The notes under the pieces: generated by a model | Told to the model about the DNA's origin: nothing | Seen by the model: the letters and a program-made list of their open reading frames with translations, nothing else | Databases searched by the model: none | Assembly: GCA_009103225.1 (NCBI GenBank) | Contig: RHPI01002619.1 | Coordinates: forward strand, 1-64,000 | From: Chlorokybus atmophyticus | Lineage: Eukaryota > Plantae > Mesostigma and Chlorokybus algae | Direction of reading: 5' to 3' | Length of the DNA stretch: 64,000 nt | Part shown: positions 36,281 through 49,433 of the stretch, piece by piece | Layout: the number at the start of each line of letters is the position of its first letter | How positions within the stretch are numbered: the first letter of the stretch is position 1 | Translations under genes and position numbers: made by a program

Positions 36281-37895
36281 TGCTGCAATGCTAGGCGTGG
36301 CTGCTCTTGCACGGGGACATAGTATGCCAGCGCTTCCTGGTGAGCGGGCGCAGCCTGTTGATTGTTGTAGCCGCCTCCGCGACCGTAACCACCACGACCA
36401 CCGCGGCCGTAGCCACCACGACCGCGTCCACGCTGGAACTGGGTGCTCCCCTCTTCTGTAACGGAGCGCCTGTAGGCGCACAATTGCATCAATGGTCTAA
36501 CGTGAAGCAAACCTTAAGTAGAACTCACAGGTATGCACCGTGCCCATTGCAGCTGGTTGTTCAATGCAATAGTAACAGCACATGTGCTGTGCACCAACAC
36601 ATGAACAAGTGCTGTGCACTGCTTGACATATATATGGGAGTGGACACAGGCGCACATGGCACCATTGACATGGTGTTGCAACTGATGTTGTATGCACACA
36701 TTGTGCGCATTATCAAATACAACGGGTGCGTGAAGCACCATGCTATCTGACAGCAACTGTGGTGCACGCTGCATGTATTATGCACACATTGTGCCATTGT
36801 TGAACAGGCGCGCATTGCACCATTACAACAGATAGCAGCTGCTGAGCATGCTGCATGCACACATTGTGCATGTTCATAAGCAGGTGCGCATTGCACCATG
36901 ACACAAACAGCAGTTGCTGAGCATACTGCACGCACACATTGTGCGACTGTTAAGCAAAGTGCATGTGTGCATGTCAGCGCATTGCATGTTTGGTGTTACA
37001 ACTCTCACAAGCAACAGACTTACTGAGGGACAGAAGTCTTTGCCTTTTGCATGGCTGCTTTGCCCTGGAAGCTGTTGGCGAGCTTGGTGAGGCGCCGAAT
37101 CACCTTGGCTTCCTTGTGTTTGCGGTTGATGCGGGCGTCGTTGATGATACCTCGAGCCCCGGTCGCAAAAGCTGCTGCAAAGTCCACGCTACCGTGCACG
37201 TGCGTGAGCAGCATCTGATACAGATATGACACCAACTGCGCAACTGGCGGACCTGTGAAGAGGGCACGGCCAATCGCCTCGAAGCAAGCCTGCACACCAG
37301 TCGAGACCTTGCGCGTGCGGTACTCCTCCCACAAGGCATATGTCTCTGATTGCTTGGACAGGCGCTTGATGAAGCTGATGTGCTTGATGTATTTCGTATG
37401 CCTATCTCCAGAGTCGGAGCTGTCCGTATCAGAGCTAGATGATGACGAGGAGGTGGATGACGAGGACGACGTGCGTCTCTTCTTGTGCACCTTCTTCTTC
37501 CTCTTGAACCTCTTCTTTTTGTTGTCCTCCTCCTCCTCCGAGGTGGATGACAATTCCACTCTACTACGCTGACGTCGCGGAACCGTGGGCAGCTTTAGCT
37601 TGGCAGCTTGCTCTGGCTCTGCAGCGTTTTCCAGCGTCACCTCTGGCTCTGGCTCTGGCTCTGGCTCTGCGTCGGCCGCATGTGACTTTGGCGGCACAGG
37701 CTGAGCCGTACGCCTAGCTACCGGCGCAGCAGGCTGCGTGGCCTTCCGCGCTGCTCGCCGCTGCTTGGCCGCGCTGGCCTGCCCCTCATCACCGGCCGGT
37801 GATGCGGCCTGCTTGCCTGGCTGCGCAGCTCCAGCAGCCGGCTTCTTTCGGCCGCGCTGCCCGCCAGCAGCCACAGCCCGCCCCTTCGGCGGCAT
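36281..37895 (-). CDS. DIRS gag-like ORF, spliced (exons 37895-37024 and 36469-36281; 3' end beyond this unresolved)
   Basis: ATG 37895 (MPPKGR...) lies 30 nt inside repeat A. Basic and Ser-rich protein. A phase-2 GTAAGT donor at 37023 joins in frame to the CAG acceptor at 36470, adding an RGG-rich exon. A second GTAAGT donor is at 36280. Confidence 0.72.
36690..36950. repeat. Degenerate 75-bp tandem repeat inside the gag intron
   Basis: gcacacattgtgc recurs at 36782, 36857 and 36932 (period 75) with conserved gcattgcaccat and gctgagcat; a looser copy is near 36694. Confidence 0.8.
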
Positions 37896-37924
37896 CTCTC
37901 TCTCTCCTCTCCCCAAACTTTCGC

Positions 37925-38123
37925 CGAATTTTCGCCGTCGCCAGCAGCGTCGCCAACAACGCCGCCGCTGAGGTGACGGCCTCAACTGCTCTGTTGCTTG
38001 ACACGTGTGTGTCAAGCAACAGAGGCAAACCCTAACTTAAACTATACGTATTAATCACTTACTTATTAATTTGTTAAACGAAAAACTCGCCGGCCAATAG
38101 TTGAAGCCGACGAGTAATGCCCA
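37925..38123. repeat. Split direct repeat A, terminal copy (5' end of the element)
   Basis: Identical to 32009-32207. Confidence 0.95.
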
Positions 38124-38270
38124 GTCCTGGACAAGTGATGCGTGGTTCGGTTCGACCTGTTTGGGACCTTCCTCTGAACCTGTTCCAAACCTGTCGTGAC
38201 GGTACCACCGACGGGTGGACTAGGCTTTGCCATGGCAAACTCAGCGCACTACATTGCGGTCATTGTCGCC

Positions 38271-40546
38271 ATGGCTGGGCTTCTCGCTCGCATAGGGGCG
38301 GGCGTCCTGCGCCGCAGCGCTGCTGTGGCGCCTCAGACTCGGTACGCTTCTGGAACAGCACAAGCGCTGGTTTACCACAAGTATGGCGATCCTGAGAAAG
38401 TGCTCCGGTATGTGGACAGGCTGATGCTGCGAACTCACAGCTGGTCTCTTATCGCTGTGCTTGAACGCATGCGTAACCACTTAGGATCCTGTCGTATGCA
38501 ACGCGCTGTGCATGCGATTGACAGGCATGCATTGGCAAGTGTCGCATTGCCGTCGCATGCAACGCACACGTCATGCTGTAGTGCATTGCACGCATCGAGC
38601 TGCTCCTGGGGTTCCACTGCCTTTGTTCCTATCATGCATTATAAGTGTGCTTACAACAAGATTCCTTTGCCTTGTGGGTGACAGCAAGGCCTTGTTGGTG
38701 AGTGCTTACACATGTATTGGGCGATGTACGAGATGGCATTACCAGTGCAAACGTTGATGGTGTTACTACTCTTCACATGCGGTCGTGGTCATGGTCATTT
38801 GTTTCTATCCTTGACACATGCACTGACTCACTCTTGCTCACATGAACGACCTGCCCAGGCTGGACGAGCAACCACTGCAAGCTCCGCAATCTGGCGAAGT
38901 GTCTCTGCAGATGCTTGCCGCATCGATGAACCCTGCTGACTTCAACACGATTCAAGGTATAATTTGTTGCTTCAGCTGCAAGTCACCTCAATTATAAGCG
39001 CAATGAAACGGGTTGAGCTTGGTTGGCTGAAGCAAAAGTTGCTTCATTCCTGCATGTAGGAACATATGGCATCAAGTCTTCACTGCCAGCTATTGGTGGC
39101 ATGGAAGGAGTCGCTAAGGTTTCGGAGGTTGGGTCTGGTGTCAAGGGCTTGAAGGTTAACGACTGGGTCATTCCCGCAGCACCTGGCTTTGGCACGTCTT
39201 GGTATCTTGTGTCTGCACTATTTGCATGCCATTGCTGACTCCACTAACTTCGTCAGGAACATGGCGAACAGCTGGGGTTGCATTTGAATCCGCTCTCCTC
39301 AAAATATCCTCCAATGTCCCTGTTGAAGTTGCTGCCACTGTTGCAGTCAACCCCTGCACAGCACTGCGCATGCTGACTGACTTTGTGTTGCTCAAAGCAG
39401 GTTAGTTGTACTGTTTTTGCCGTTAATGCCATTTCAGCCGAGTACATAAATCTTGCTGTTGACACGCAGCAACATCATGCAGGCGACGTTGTCTTGCAAA
39501 ATGGCGCCAACAGTGCTGTTGGTCAAGCAGTCATTCAGATTGCAAAAGACAAGGGTGTGAAGACCATCAACATTGTACGCGAAAGGTGAACATAATCACT
39601 TGTTGTGGCTGGGCAGTTGCTTGTTGTGGTCCACTGAAATCGAGTGCGCGGTCATTCGCAGACCCAATCTGGCTGATACTGTGGAGTGGTTGAAAGCACT
39701 TGGCGGAGATGTCGTTGTCACGGACAAGTACTCTACATCGCATGAGATGCAAAGGTTGCTGGTAAGTTAGCCTACCGCAATCTCCTGCTATGGGATTTGT
39801 CTGTGCCCTCGCACCAACACGTTGCAGAAGCCCTACAGTCACTCAGGGTTATCTTACATGTCTTACATAAAACAGGGTGTTGTGTGTGTTGCTTTCTCAT
39901 GCCTTCTGTTCTGTTCAGAGCGACCTTCCCAAGCCAAAACTGGCACTTAATTGCGTTGGAGGCATTGGTGCTCGCAACATATCACGATTGCTAGAGTATG
40001 TAGCTAATTGATGCATGCGCATGCAGGCGGGGTTGTTTCTCTGCCAGTGCAAGCGTATTGTGTGGTCTCTAATCTAAGCCTGGCTTTTTCTGCAGCCAAG
40101 GTGGTGTACTTGTAACATATGGTGGCATGTCCCGAGAACCTGTGATGATTCCAACATCGTACTTCATCTTCAAGGTACGCAGCTTCACACATTTTGGTAG
40201 CCTTCAAGAGTTGTGGTTGTCTGCAGTGGTGTTATGTTTTAAAAATACCCAACATTCAAAACCAGGACATTTCCGCGCGTGGCTTCTGGGTCTCCAATTG
40301 GTTAACGCAACACTCCACATCAGAACGACTGGACATGATTAACACAGTGCTGAAGATGGCCGAAGCTGGAAAGTTCACGTTGCAGTGAGTCCTGTGTACT
40401 TGCAAAATTGCGCCCAGCTGACGCATGGTTGCTAACAAGCTTGTGGTTGCAGAACTGAAACCGTCCCATTCAAGGATTACAAAAAAGCCCTGCAAAAAGC
40501 TCGCGCACCCTTCAGCAGTAAAAAGCAGATTATCTCGTTCCAATAG
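38271..40546 (+). CDS. MECR: Mitochondrial trans-2-enoyl-ACP/CoA reductase (MDR family), multi-exon
   Basis: [93 protein letters not shown]. Arg-rich N-terminal presequence. An alternative in-frame ATG is at 38232. Confidence 0.93.
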
Positions 40547-41035
40547 CCGGCAGTGAGGGCGTTGATGCGCATACTGCAGTACATGTGCTATTGCTGGTGT
40601 GCTGCTGGACTCCCACTGGTCATCACCATTTGCCAAGCTCCTCCAACAAGTTTGATGCTCGACTGTGTGTTGCAGCAGCATACAGTGGAGCTTCAAGCTT
40701 GCTGTTGGGAGGTAGCTGGCAGCCTTGTCAAATTTAGAAAGGCCAGCTGCGTGTCACGGGCCGCCATGCAGACCTTGCTCCTACACTCGTCGTCGTATAT
40801 GGCTGTTTTGCTTGGATGGTTGTTGTGTAGCATTGCTTTTTGCCCCGTCTGCGGTTTGTGCACTGCAGATTGAACGCAATGGTGGATGCTTCTATACGCA
40901 GCTGGTACGGATTCTCTAAAACCCGTGTAGTTTATCTCTGCGATAAGCTGTGCTGCACATGGGCAATCATGCGCACATGCATCAAAACCAGGTCAGAAAG
41001 GCAACAGATTGTGTACTGAGTGGGCAGCTACGTGT

Positions 41036-41200
41036 CACCATGTACACAAGAGGGCTGGCCAGGGGTCTAATGCAACTTAGTGCAGGCAGCAGCGGCAGGG
41101 GTGGCATTACTAACGTACGACGACAACCATAGCGACAATGACGACACAGCTGCAGGATGTGCAGGTGATGACGCTGGAGCACTACCTGCGTGGCAGACGC
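41036..41200 (+). repeat. Diverged dispersed repeat, copy 2 (homologous to about 20039-20190)
   Basis: Same collinear matches as copy 1. Confidence 0.6.
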
Positions 41201-41771
41201 CATGTACTGTTCTCTGCCACACGAGACCACCCATTTACAGCATGCTGACGATGGCTATAACTGCATCCGCGCCGTTCACGCCATGGACTACATGGTTACC
41301 ACAATCCCCCAGGCGATGGTGGGGACGTAGAGGTCATTGAGGCTTTGCGGCAACATGGCCTGCTACCCTTGTGTGACACAATGCTAACTGTGTGTGAGTG
41401 GCGCGGAGTACTAGGCACTACAACTGCATTTGACAATGCTGCACGCGCAGATAGTTCTCAGCCAGACTGTGGTGTGTAACATCACAACAAAGACTGGTGT
41501 ATGCCTTGAATGCAGGTGGAATGCAACAATGACTAAGTACCTTGCCAACATGACTTGCCCAGCCGCTGGACCTGTACCCATAGCTTGCATATGAAACAAT
41601 ATTCAAGGTATACTTAACAACCAACCATCTCCAAGCCCGTAATCCTCGGTTTTCTGTTGCTGTTCAAGTGTATGCACACGTGTGCACATAAATGTATGTA
41701 ACCCTTGTATGCCCCTGTACAACCAACTCATGGCATTGAGTCGATCGTATCAAGACAAGCTGCTTGGTGCA

Positions 41772-43699
41772 TCATGTACTCTTCTCTGTTTGAGCAGGAG
41801 CAATGGACTTCTTTACTTTACTCTCTTTTTTCACAAATACGGCTCTATCTAGGAAGGGGCACATCCCATCTGGGCGTACCTGTGGCCGACCATTGGCCGC
41901 ACAGTGTGGGCAGCTGTGGAAAAACATAAGGTGATCAGGGCAATCAGCAAGTAAGCAAGGCCGTGCAAATGACAAGCGCACTATACCTGCGACCATGCCT
42001 TATGAGCAGCACGTGGAGATCGTACTTGAGATGATCAGGCACCCTTTGATTGAGGTGTTCATATGTAGCATTGCGGTCGGCAGTTTGAGGTACCCAGCCT
42101 AATGCTCGCGTTATCCGGTACACATGCGTATCAACGGGGAACTCGTCTCGCAGTAGGCAAAACATCAGCACGCACGCAACCTGCGAAATAGTCAACAACA
42201 CTGCAACTGACTTGTTTGGATCGTACATGCAGTCAGACAATGCGAGCTTCACAGTTTCTTGCTAAGCGGGCCTCCAGAAAGTGAAACAAGAAAGCAAACT
42301 TACTGTTTTTGGACCAACACCCGGAAACCTTGAAAGCTCCTGTTTGATTTCATCATTGCTGAGCTCGCGGAGGTAGTCCATGCTGAGCTTGCCCCTGGTT
42401 CTTTGAAGTTCTTGCAGGATATGTTGCATGCGCTTTGCTTTTGTCTGCGCGAGAAGCGTCAGCAAATAGAGCTGATTGCGTGCCGTGAAGTGCGTGGATG
42501 TACATGCAAACCAAGACACACCTCGGCTAAGCCTCCGCAGCGAATAGCATCAGCGACGACCTTGATATCCGCGTGCAGCATGGTCTGCCAAGCTGGAAAC
42601 TGCTGCCGCAAGGACCTGTATGCTTTTGTTGAGTTCGCTCCAGTAGTGTTCTGGCTAAGAATAGTCCTGAACAGTGCATCCAGAGGGTCCGGCACCGCCC
42701 CGCAATTGCCACTCCGCTCATTGTGCTTCGGCTCCTTTGGGATAGCACGTGGGGCATTGGCTGTGTACACAAGCCATAAACCTTTAAATGCGAATGCCTG
42801 CAAGCACGCGCATATGCGTGCATAGCACCACTGCAGCACAAGAACATGAGAACCAAGACAGCCTAAGCTGAACACCTCTTACCAGCTCCGCGAGGCCAGC
42901 CATGCAACTTGGCAAGCGCTGCAGTCGCCTCCCAGCATTCTTCAGCAGTAGGTCGCAAACACTCCGGGAACGGTCCAGTGTAAGGCCTTGCTTCTGCTAG
43001 ATGGGTCAGGCCAGTGGCAGCGCCGTCTTCAGCCACAACCGCTGGTGTTGCGTCTTCTGCAGTAAGGGAGTCAGTGGAAGCTCGTGGTTTGGCAAGAACA
43101 ATTGTCACTTGATTGTTGGTGTGTTTAAGACCGAAACCAGTGTTAGTAAAGCCAGATAGCCATAACGCGCGGAAAACTACTCATGCAGGTCAGAGCTCAT
43201 CAACAGCAGCTCGACATATCAGCTCACCGTAACTTGGAGCTATAGTGGCCATTGCAGGCGGTTGAGTAACATGCACTGCTCAACCGAGACAAACGACCCA
43301 CTCAACATGACTATCATAGTCAAACTGCTAAGCCCAGTTGATCAACCAACGGACCTGCGACGCACCAGCCTTGACACGGACAAGCGTTGCAGCTGGACCG
43401 GCCTTGGCACGTCCTCTACTCCTCGTCGCTTTGGCAATCTCAGGAACATGCGCAACATCACCGGTCTCCTCCTTCACCTCCTGCTTAACCTTCACCTCAT
43501 GCTTCACCGGGGCGTCCTTGCCATGCATGACACCTGCTTCTTCCTGCTTAAGCTTAGCCCTGACCGACCGCCAAGTGCCTGTGAGCTTAGTAGACGTGGA
43601 CGGAGGCAAGGCCAAAGCTGGGACAGCCAGCTTGCGCTTCGCCATGCTAACGTCCGTCACGCCGACGGCGACAGCGGCGGCGACCGCCTTGCGCAGCAT
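41772..43699 (-). CDS. Endonuclease III-like HhH-GPD DNA glycosylase, multi-exon
   Basis: LDALFRTILSQNTT, AIRCGGLA, HhH LSRFPGVGPKTVACVLMF, FPVDTHVYRI, LHVLLIRHGR, then CPHC...CPF. Lys/Glu-rich N-terminus. Confidence 0.9.
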
Positions 43700-43870
43700 G
43701 TTGCCATATTGAACTTCTGCTGGCGCACGTCATTAGCAGAAGCCAACTTAAAGAAGCGACACTACTGTTCTGAGCATGGAAGCCGTTTCGCGTATATTGG
43801 CTTCCGGCAACCAGTTCGCTGCTAGGATGCTTAGCGGTGGATTGTGTTACCGTCGTGGTGGTTGTGTAGC

Positions 43871-45565
43871 ATGGCGGCGTCTAGCATGGCAGCGGTGTGC
43901 TTGGCGTCTCCTGTAGTGTCACCACTGAGGGCGCCTCGCCGTTCATCGACACAGCAGCCTCGCCGCTGCGCCGGCGGCGCCGTCGTCCGATGCTCAGGTA
44001 GTGGTACCCATGTCGCTCTCTGAAAGGGTTTCCGCGTTGCTTCACTTGGGGGACGCTGGCGCAGCTGTCTAGTTGGGCTGAGCACAGTGTTGGCATCTCA
44101 TGAGAACAGTTACATGTTGTCAGCATTGGTCACTAGTGCTAGGTGACTGCAAGCGAGCTCGGTCATGGTCATGGTCATGGTTTGGTCAGGGTCAAGTTCC
44201 GTATAGCCTGCTAGCCGGCGTTGGTGTTGGTTGTGATGCAGTTGTGGACTCAGGATTGTGGTTGTGTTGCGAGTTGTGAGCTCTGCCGCTTGTGAGAGTA
44301 TCGCAGTTGTTTGTCCCGCGAGGATGCAAACAGTGCAGTTGGTCAGCAAAACCGCTGCTAAACACGCAGACCTTGTCGTGGCAAATGCGACTGACTTCAT
44401 GACATTTAATGTGCATGCGAGAAGTAATCAATGGAAATCCCTATCTCTCAGGCAGCACGTTGGTCAAGGCCGTACATGCAGTACATATGCTGATAGTATG
44501 CTCTCTTGCTGCATGCGGATGATGGTCTGGTTGCACTTTGGACGCAGCAATTGAGTTCATTGACTCGACATTGACTTGACAGTTCTCAACCTGCAAGTAG
44601 CTGGTGTGCAATCTGCAAGTTGCTGATGTGCAATCTTATTGGTGCTGACTCCCAATTGCTGCAGCTCAGCAGCAGGAGCCTGCACGGACTGAAGATGCAG
44701 GTTTTCTGAGAACCGCCGGTGGCATTGCTTGCGGAGTGGCATTGGCCTTGAGCTTGTCTGCTGTGCCGGCTATGGCTGCCAACACAGGTAGTGCCGCAAT
44801 CTTCTGTCGCACTGAGGTGCAACCACAACTGCATGCACACCAGTCATGCGGCTGTGCAGTAAACGTCCAGTGCGTGAGGACATAAGAAGGAAGACTATGT
44901 GAGACTGAACAACATGTTCAACAGGCGGTGTGAGGCTGCCGCCTTTGTCCAACGACCCCAACAGGTGTGAGCGCGCCTTCACTGGCAACACCATTGGCCA
45001 GGCGAATGCTGTGTCCGACAAGATTCTGGACTTGCGCAAGTGCAACTATGCAAACAACAAGTCAGATCTGGCTGGCAAAACCCTGTCCGGTGCCTTGATG
45101 GTAGACGCAACGTTTGAAGGCGCCAATTTGACAGAGACGGTGCTGACCAAGGCCTATGCTGCCAATGCCAACTTCAAAAGTAAGCTTACGAGAAACTCTT
45201 GTGCAATGAGGATGGCCTGGCAGACAAGGTAATGCCGGTGTGTCTCCCGCAGAAACCAATTTCACCAATGCTGTCGTGGATCGTGTTGCTTTTGATGGCT
45301 CCGACATGAGGGGAGCAATCTTCAAGAACACCGTGCTTTCTGGAGCTACGTTTGACAATGCCAACATGCAGGGTGCAAGCTTTGAAGATGTAAGTGCAAT
45401 TTGCAAGGGAGACTTTGTGCCATATCGTGCAACATTGCATTGTCAGCAACCTGCCCAACATGTTGTTTCTGGCAGGCTTTGCTGGGATTTCAAGATGCTC
45501 TGAAGCTCTGCAGAAATACATCCCTAGACCAGGAAGCTCGGGAACAAATTGGCTGCCGCCAGTGA
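43871..45565 (+). CDS. TL17: Thylakoid lumenal 17.4 kDa pentapeptide-repeat protein, multi-exon
   Basis: Bipartite transit peptide (MAASSMAAV...VVRCS; ...ALALSLSAVPAMA), then RLPPLSNDPNRCERAFTGNTIGQANAVSDKILDLRKC, pentapeptide repeats (ATFEGANLTETVL, NFTNAVVDRVAF) and C-terminal LC...IGC. Confidence 0.9.
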
Positions 45566-47618
45566 AAGGCGTCTATCCAGATTGCAATTGTGGACAAGTG
45601 TTGAGCAGACTACGACCAATATTGCTTTGTGTTTGGCCATGGCAGTTTATGTATTGTATCTGCAATTTTGGGATGGTGCTAGGATCGCACTGACCTAGCT
45701 ACATTCTTGTCTTGCGCGTAAGTTGCAGTGCACCATGCACAACAGTTGCTCGCTCTGAAGATGAACGCCTCATTTATCAGTAGTACATATTTGTTTCTGC
45801 CCAGCATGAGCTAGCATGCCTTGCAGACCTGTGTACGCCATTGCTTTGCAGTATTCTCTGCTGCATGACATGTACAGGATATGCTGCCAGTAGTTGTAGA
45901 CATGCATGACATCACTCACAGCATGTTAAACAGCACGCAAGCACATTGTAGCACAACTATTCACACTGTTTGTTCCAACCCTGACTACACTACACTAGTC
46001 TCGACCTGCCCGTTAGACAGGCATACATGCGTATTGGTAATGCATTACCTGCCCACACGGGCTCTGTTATTTGGCGTTGACAACGGCAGCTACAGCAGCA
46101 GCAAGGATGACGACTCCCTCCCGCCTGCTCTTCCTTCCCGCCACCAGCTCAGCTCTGCGCAGCAGCTGCTGCTGCGCAGTCGTCTCTTGTCAACCTAACC
46201 CTCGCAGTGCCAACGTCAGCACTGCACCGCAGGGCCTGTACGTGGCGGTTAGGCAGGTGGTCGGTGGGGTTGGGTGGTGGGGTTGAATGGGTATGTCCTT
46301 CGCACGGGCACTCTGCGTCACAGGCAGTTTGCTCCCCGCGCAATTCACTATGCACCAGCTGGCGTGGCGTGCGCTGATGTGTATGTGGTGGTTGCTGTTG
46401 TGCGCCGGTGTGTGCATGACTGTGCATGCGCGACCGTGCATGCGATTGTTGCTGTGTAGCGGCTGTGCAGGATGTTAGTGTTCAAGTTCTGTGAGGGGAG
46501 GGTGGTGACGCGCGCTGTTTGCGGTAGTGCTAGGGTGACATGTATGCTTCGTAAAGGCTAACGTTGGTGTTGTGCGCAAGTTGTTGGTAGGCAGGGATGG
46601 TGTGTATCTTGCAAGCACGAGCTTTGCCCCACTATGCCACGTCTTGTGGCTTTGTGTACAGGTGAGGTGGCGTGAACAATGCTCTATCATGGCGTGTAGT
46701 GGTGGTCAAAGGTCAGAGCAGAGGCCCCATCTGGTTGACAGTCCACCTGTAATTGGTTTCATGTTGTATTGGTGATTATGGGCAGATAACTAATGCATTG
46801 AGCTGCGTGTGGTGCACGTGCCACTGCATTTCAGTCGCACGCAAGCCCGTTTGCGGCCACAGTGATGCCACCAAATATGGGCAGTCTTAGCGATATCTTA
46901 GCGATCTTGGAGCAAGGCGCCGCGGCGGTGGCCGCAGTGCCGGGATGGGGTCGTGTACCGCAAGGCCCTCCCACTATTGAGGCAGACGCCGCGCTTGCTA
47001 AAGATGACAGGGTGTACGTGTTTGGTTGTGTGTTGAGTGTGTATGTTGAGCAGGTATGTATGGTGGCAGCACTGACATTGAACGCTTGTATGTCGATATC
47101 AATAGAGGTTGAATATCGGCGCCCATGTCTGGTGGTAGTAGTAGTGGAGCTGCATAGATGTCTGGGTTGTGTTGATGGTGGGAGAAGGTGTAGCTGCTCT
47201 GCACGCGTTGAACCAGTCCATTAGACACTATCATATTGTTGTCAATTTCAACCGACTGAAGCCTTTCGCAAACTGGCGGTTTCCTGTGAGCAAACCACCA
47301 GTTGCCCCGCGGTAAACTTGCAGTTTAGTTATAAGCATTCTGGTTACCCGCTCAACGGCAAGTTTAGCGGGGATTGGCACCACAAAAAGTTTTCGGTCGG
47401 TTGAAGTCAGCAATACCATGCCATCCACAGTATGTACACGGTGTCCATGCCCACCACAATGCCACACAACTACGGCCACGCAACAGCGCCACACTCAGCA
47501 CAACATCTAGGCCACGCCTGCTGGTATCGGGATTGGGCCAGCTCGTGCAGCTGTTGCTTATGCTTCCTTCGGAGACTATTTCCGGTTGTGTCTGAAAGGT
47601 ATAGGCATTCCAAAATGC

Positions 47619-48026
<408 letters not shown>

Positions 48027-48326
48027 GTATCTCGCAGACTGTTGTCCTTGACCAGTCTATGTTCATGGGCGTTCAGTTCCACCTGTGCTGTCCAGGCACA
48101 TGGATGTGCTGTAATGATGCTGCATCTGTGATGTGCTGCAATCAATCTGCGGCAGCTATTACAACCATGCACAGTTGTTAATGCAGTAACTTGAATCCAA
48201 AACCAAATCTGTCGACGGTGGACATGTGGGAGAAACACCAGGTGTATGTATCATAATAGAGTTGCGCTGTGCTACTTACAATATCCACAGTATTGCAGAC
48301 ATACAGCGCCAGCTGTGCCTGCAGGC

Positions 48327-49433
48327 TCAACGGCCCTTCTTGGTAGGGGGATCCTTGCGCAGGTTGACATTACCAACTGCACCTTGCTTCTTGTCAACTT
48401 GGTCTGCAGCAACACAACAATAAGCCAAGCAGAATCTGTACAGCAACAAACGCCAAATTGCAATGCATATATAACGTGCAGCAGGACTGAAAGCAATGTT
48501 AGGCAGCACTTACTGAGTTTGCCAAGACCATTGCAGGTCGGGCACACCAGCTCCTTGCCCCTGCTCTGAGAGTTTGCCTGCAAGTAGCATGTAGTGAGAA
48601 ACCACGCTATACGACACAGGGACAAGCAAATATCTAGCAGCCTCTACCCAGAGAATGGCCATTGTCAACCATCACTTACCGAGAGAACACCAGAGCTGCC
48701 AGCACGGATGAAACCGGCACCGTCGCATTCTGGGCAACTGGAATATGGACACAACGACGGAAGGTCAAGATCTGGGCAGCAGCAGCAAGGCTAGGCAGTC
48801 ATATTGAACAGGCAGCTCCCAGCCACTTCTCCCTACCACGTCGCCTTCGCCTTCCACTCAACAAAAGGCACCACGCCAACCCTACAGCTGCCTCTCTGCC
48901 CAACGGGCATCAACCACCTCCCTTCACCATCCCATCAACTCCTCCGACACCACCCGCCAAGGGTTGCTGGCTGACAAACTTTCTTACTAACAGTACGCTC
49001 GGGGAAATGAACTGGACACATTGTTCAAACAGGTACCCACCAGCATGCAACCCGAGTGATGTGCTCTTGACCGAACAGCAGTGACAGGCACAGTGACCCA
49101 ATGCTTGTACACTGACCTCCTAACTACGCTCACCCAGGACGTCTGCAAGAAACACACCTGTGCGTCATAGCTGGCAATGCAAGTGCGTCACGGCTGCAAG
49201 CGCACTCACGTGTCCTTGCGGAGGTAGAAAATGGGAATGGCGCTGCCAATGACGCCGATGGCCAGGGCGCCGGCAATGAGGAAGTTAGTTCCGCCGACGA
49301 CGTCGCCGGCGGCCATGCGCACACCGCCCTTGCATCGGGGCACGCAGAGCAGCTGCGCCCTCGCCTGCTTCTCCGCTGACCTCAATGGCAGCACCGGCGC
49401 TCCCAACCCGCACACCGCCGCCACCGCCGCCAT
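48327..49433 (-). CDS. Plastid DnaJ-type zinc-finger (CXXCXGXG) protein with one hydrophobic helix, 4 exons
   Basis: Transit peptide, FLIAGALAIGVIGSAIPIFYLRKDT spliced to CPECDGAGFIR (exon near 48750-48690), then ELVCPTCNGLGKL (near 48570-48510) and QVDKK...KKGR with stop at 48327. Confidence 0.88.

Larger units (their letters stand above)
31605..38123 (-). mobile_element. DIRS-order (PAT/kangaroo/TOC-type) tyrosine-recombinase retrotransposon, about 6.5 kb, with split direct repeats A...BA...B
   Basis: A (199 bp) at 37925-38123 and 32009-32207; B (166 bp) at 32207-32372 and 31605-31770; copies look identical by eye. Contains gag, RT/RNaseH/MT and YR ORFs. No target-site duplication seen. 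Confidence 0.93.

Noticed and set aside
46000-47500. Coding-looking segments (46862-47224 +, 47231-47494 -)
   Set aside because: No recognisable motif and no coherent exon chain could be built.
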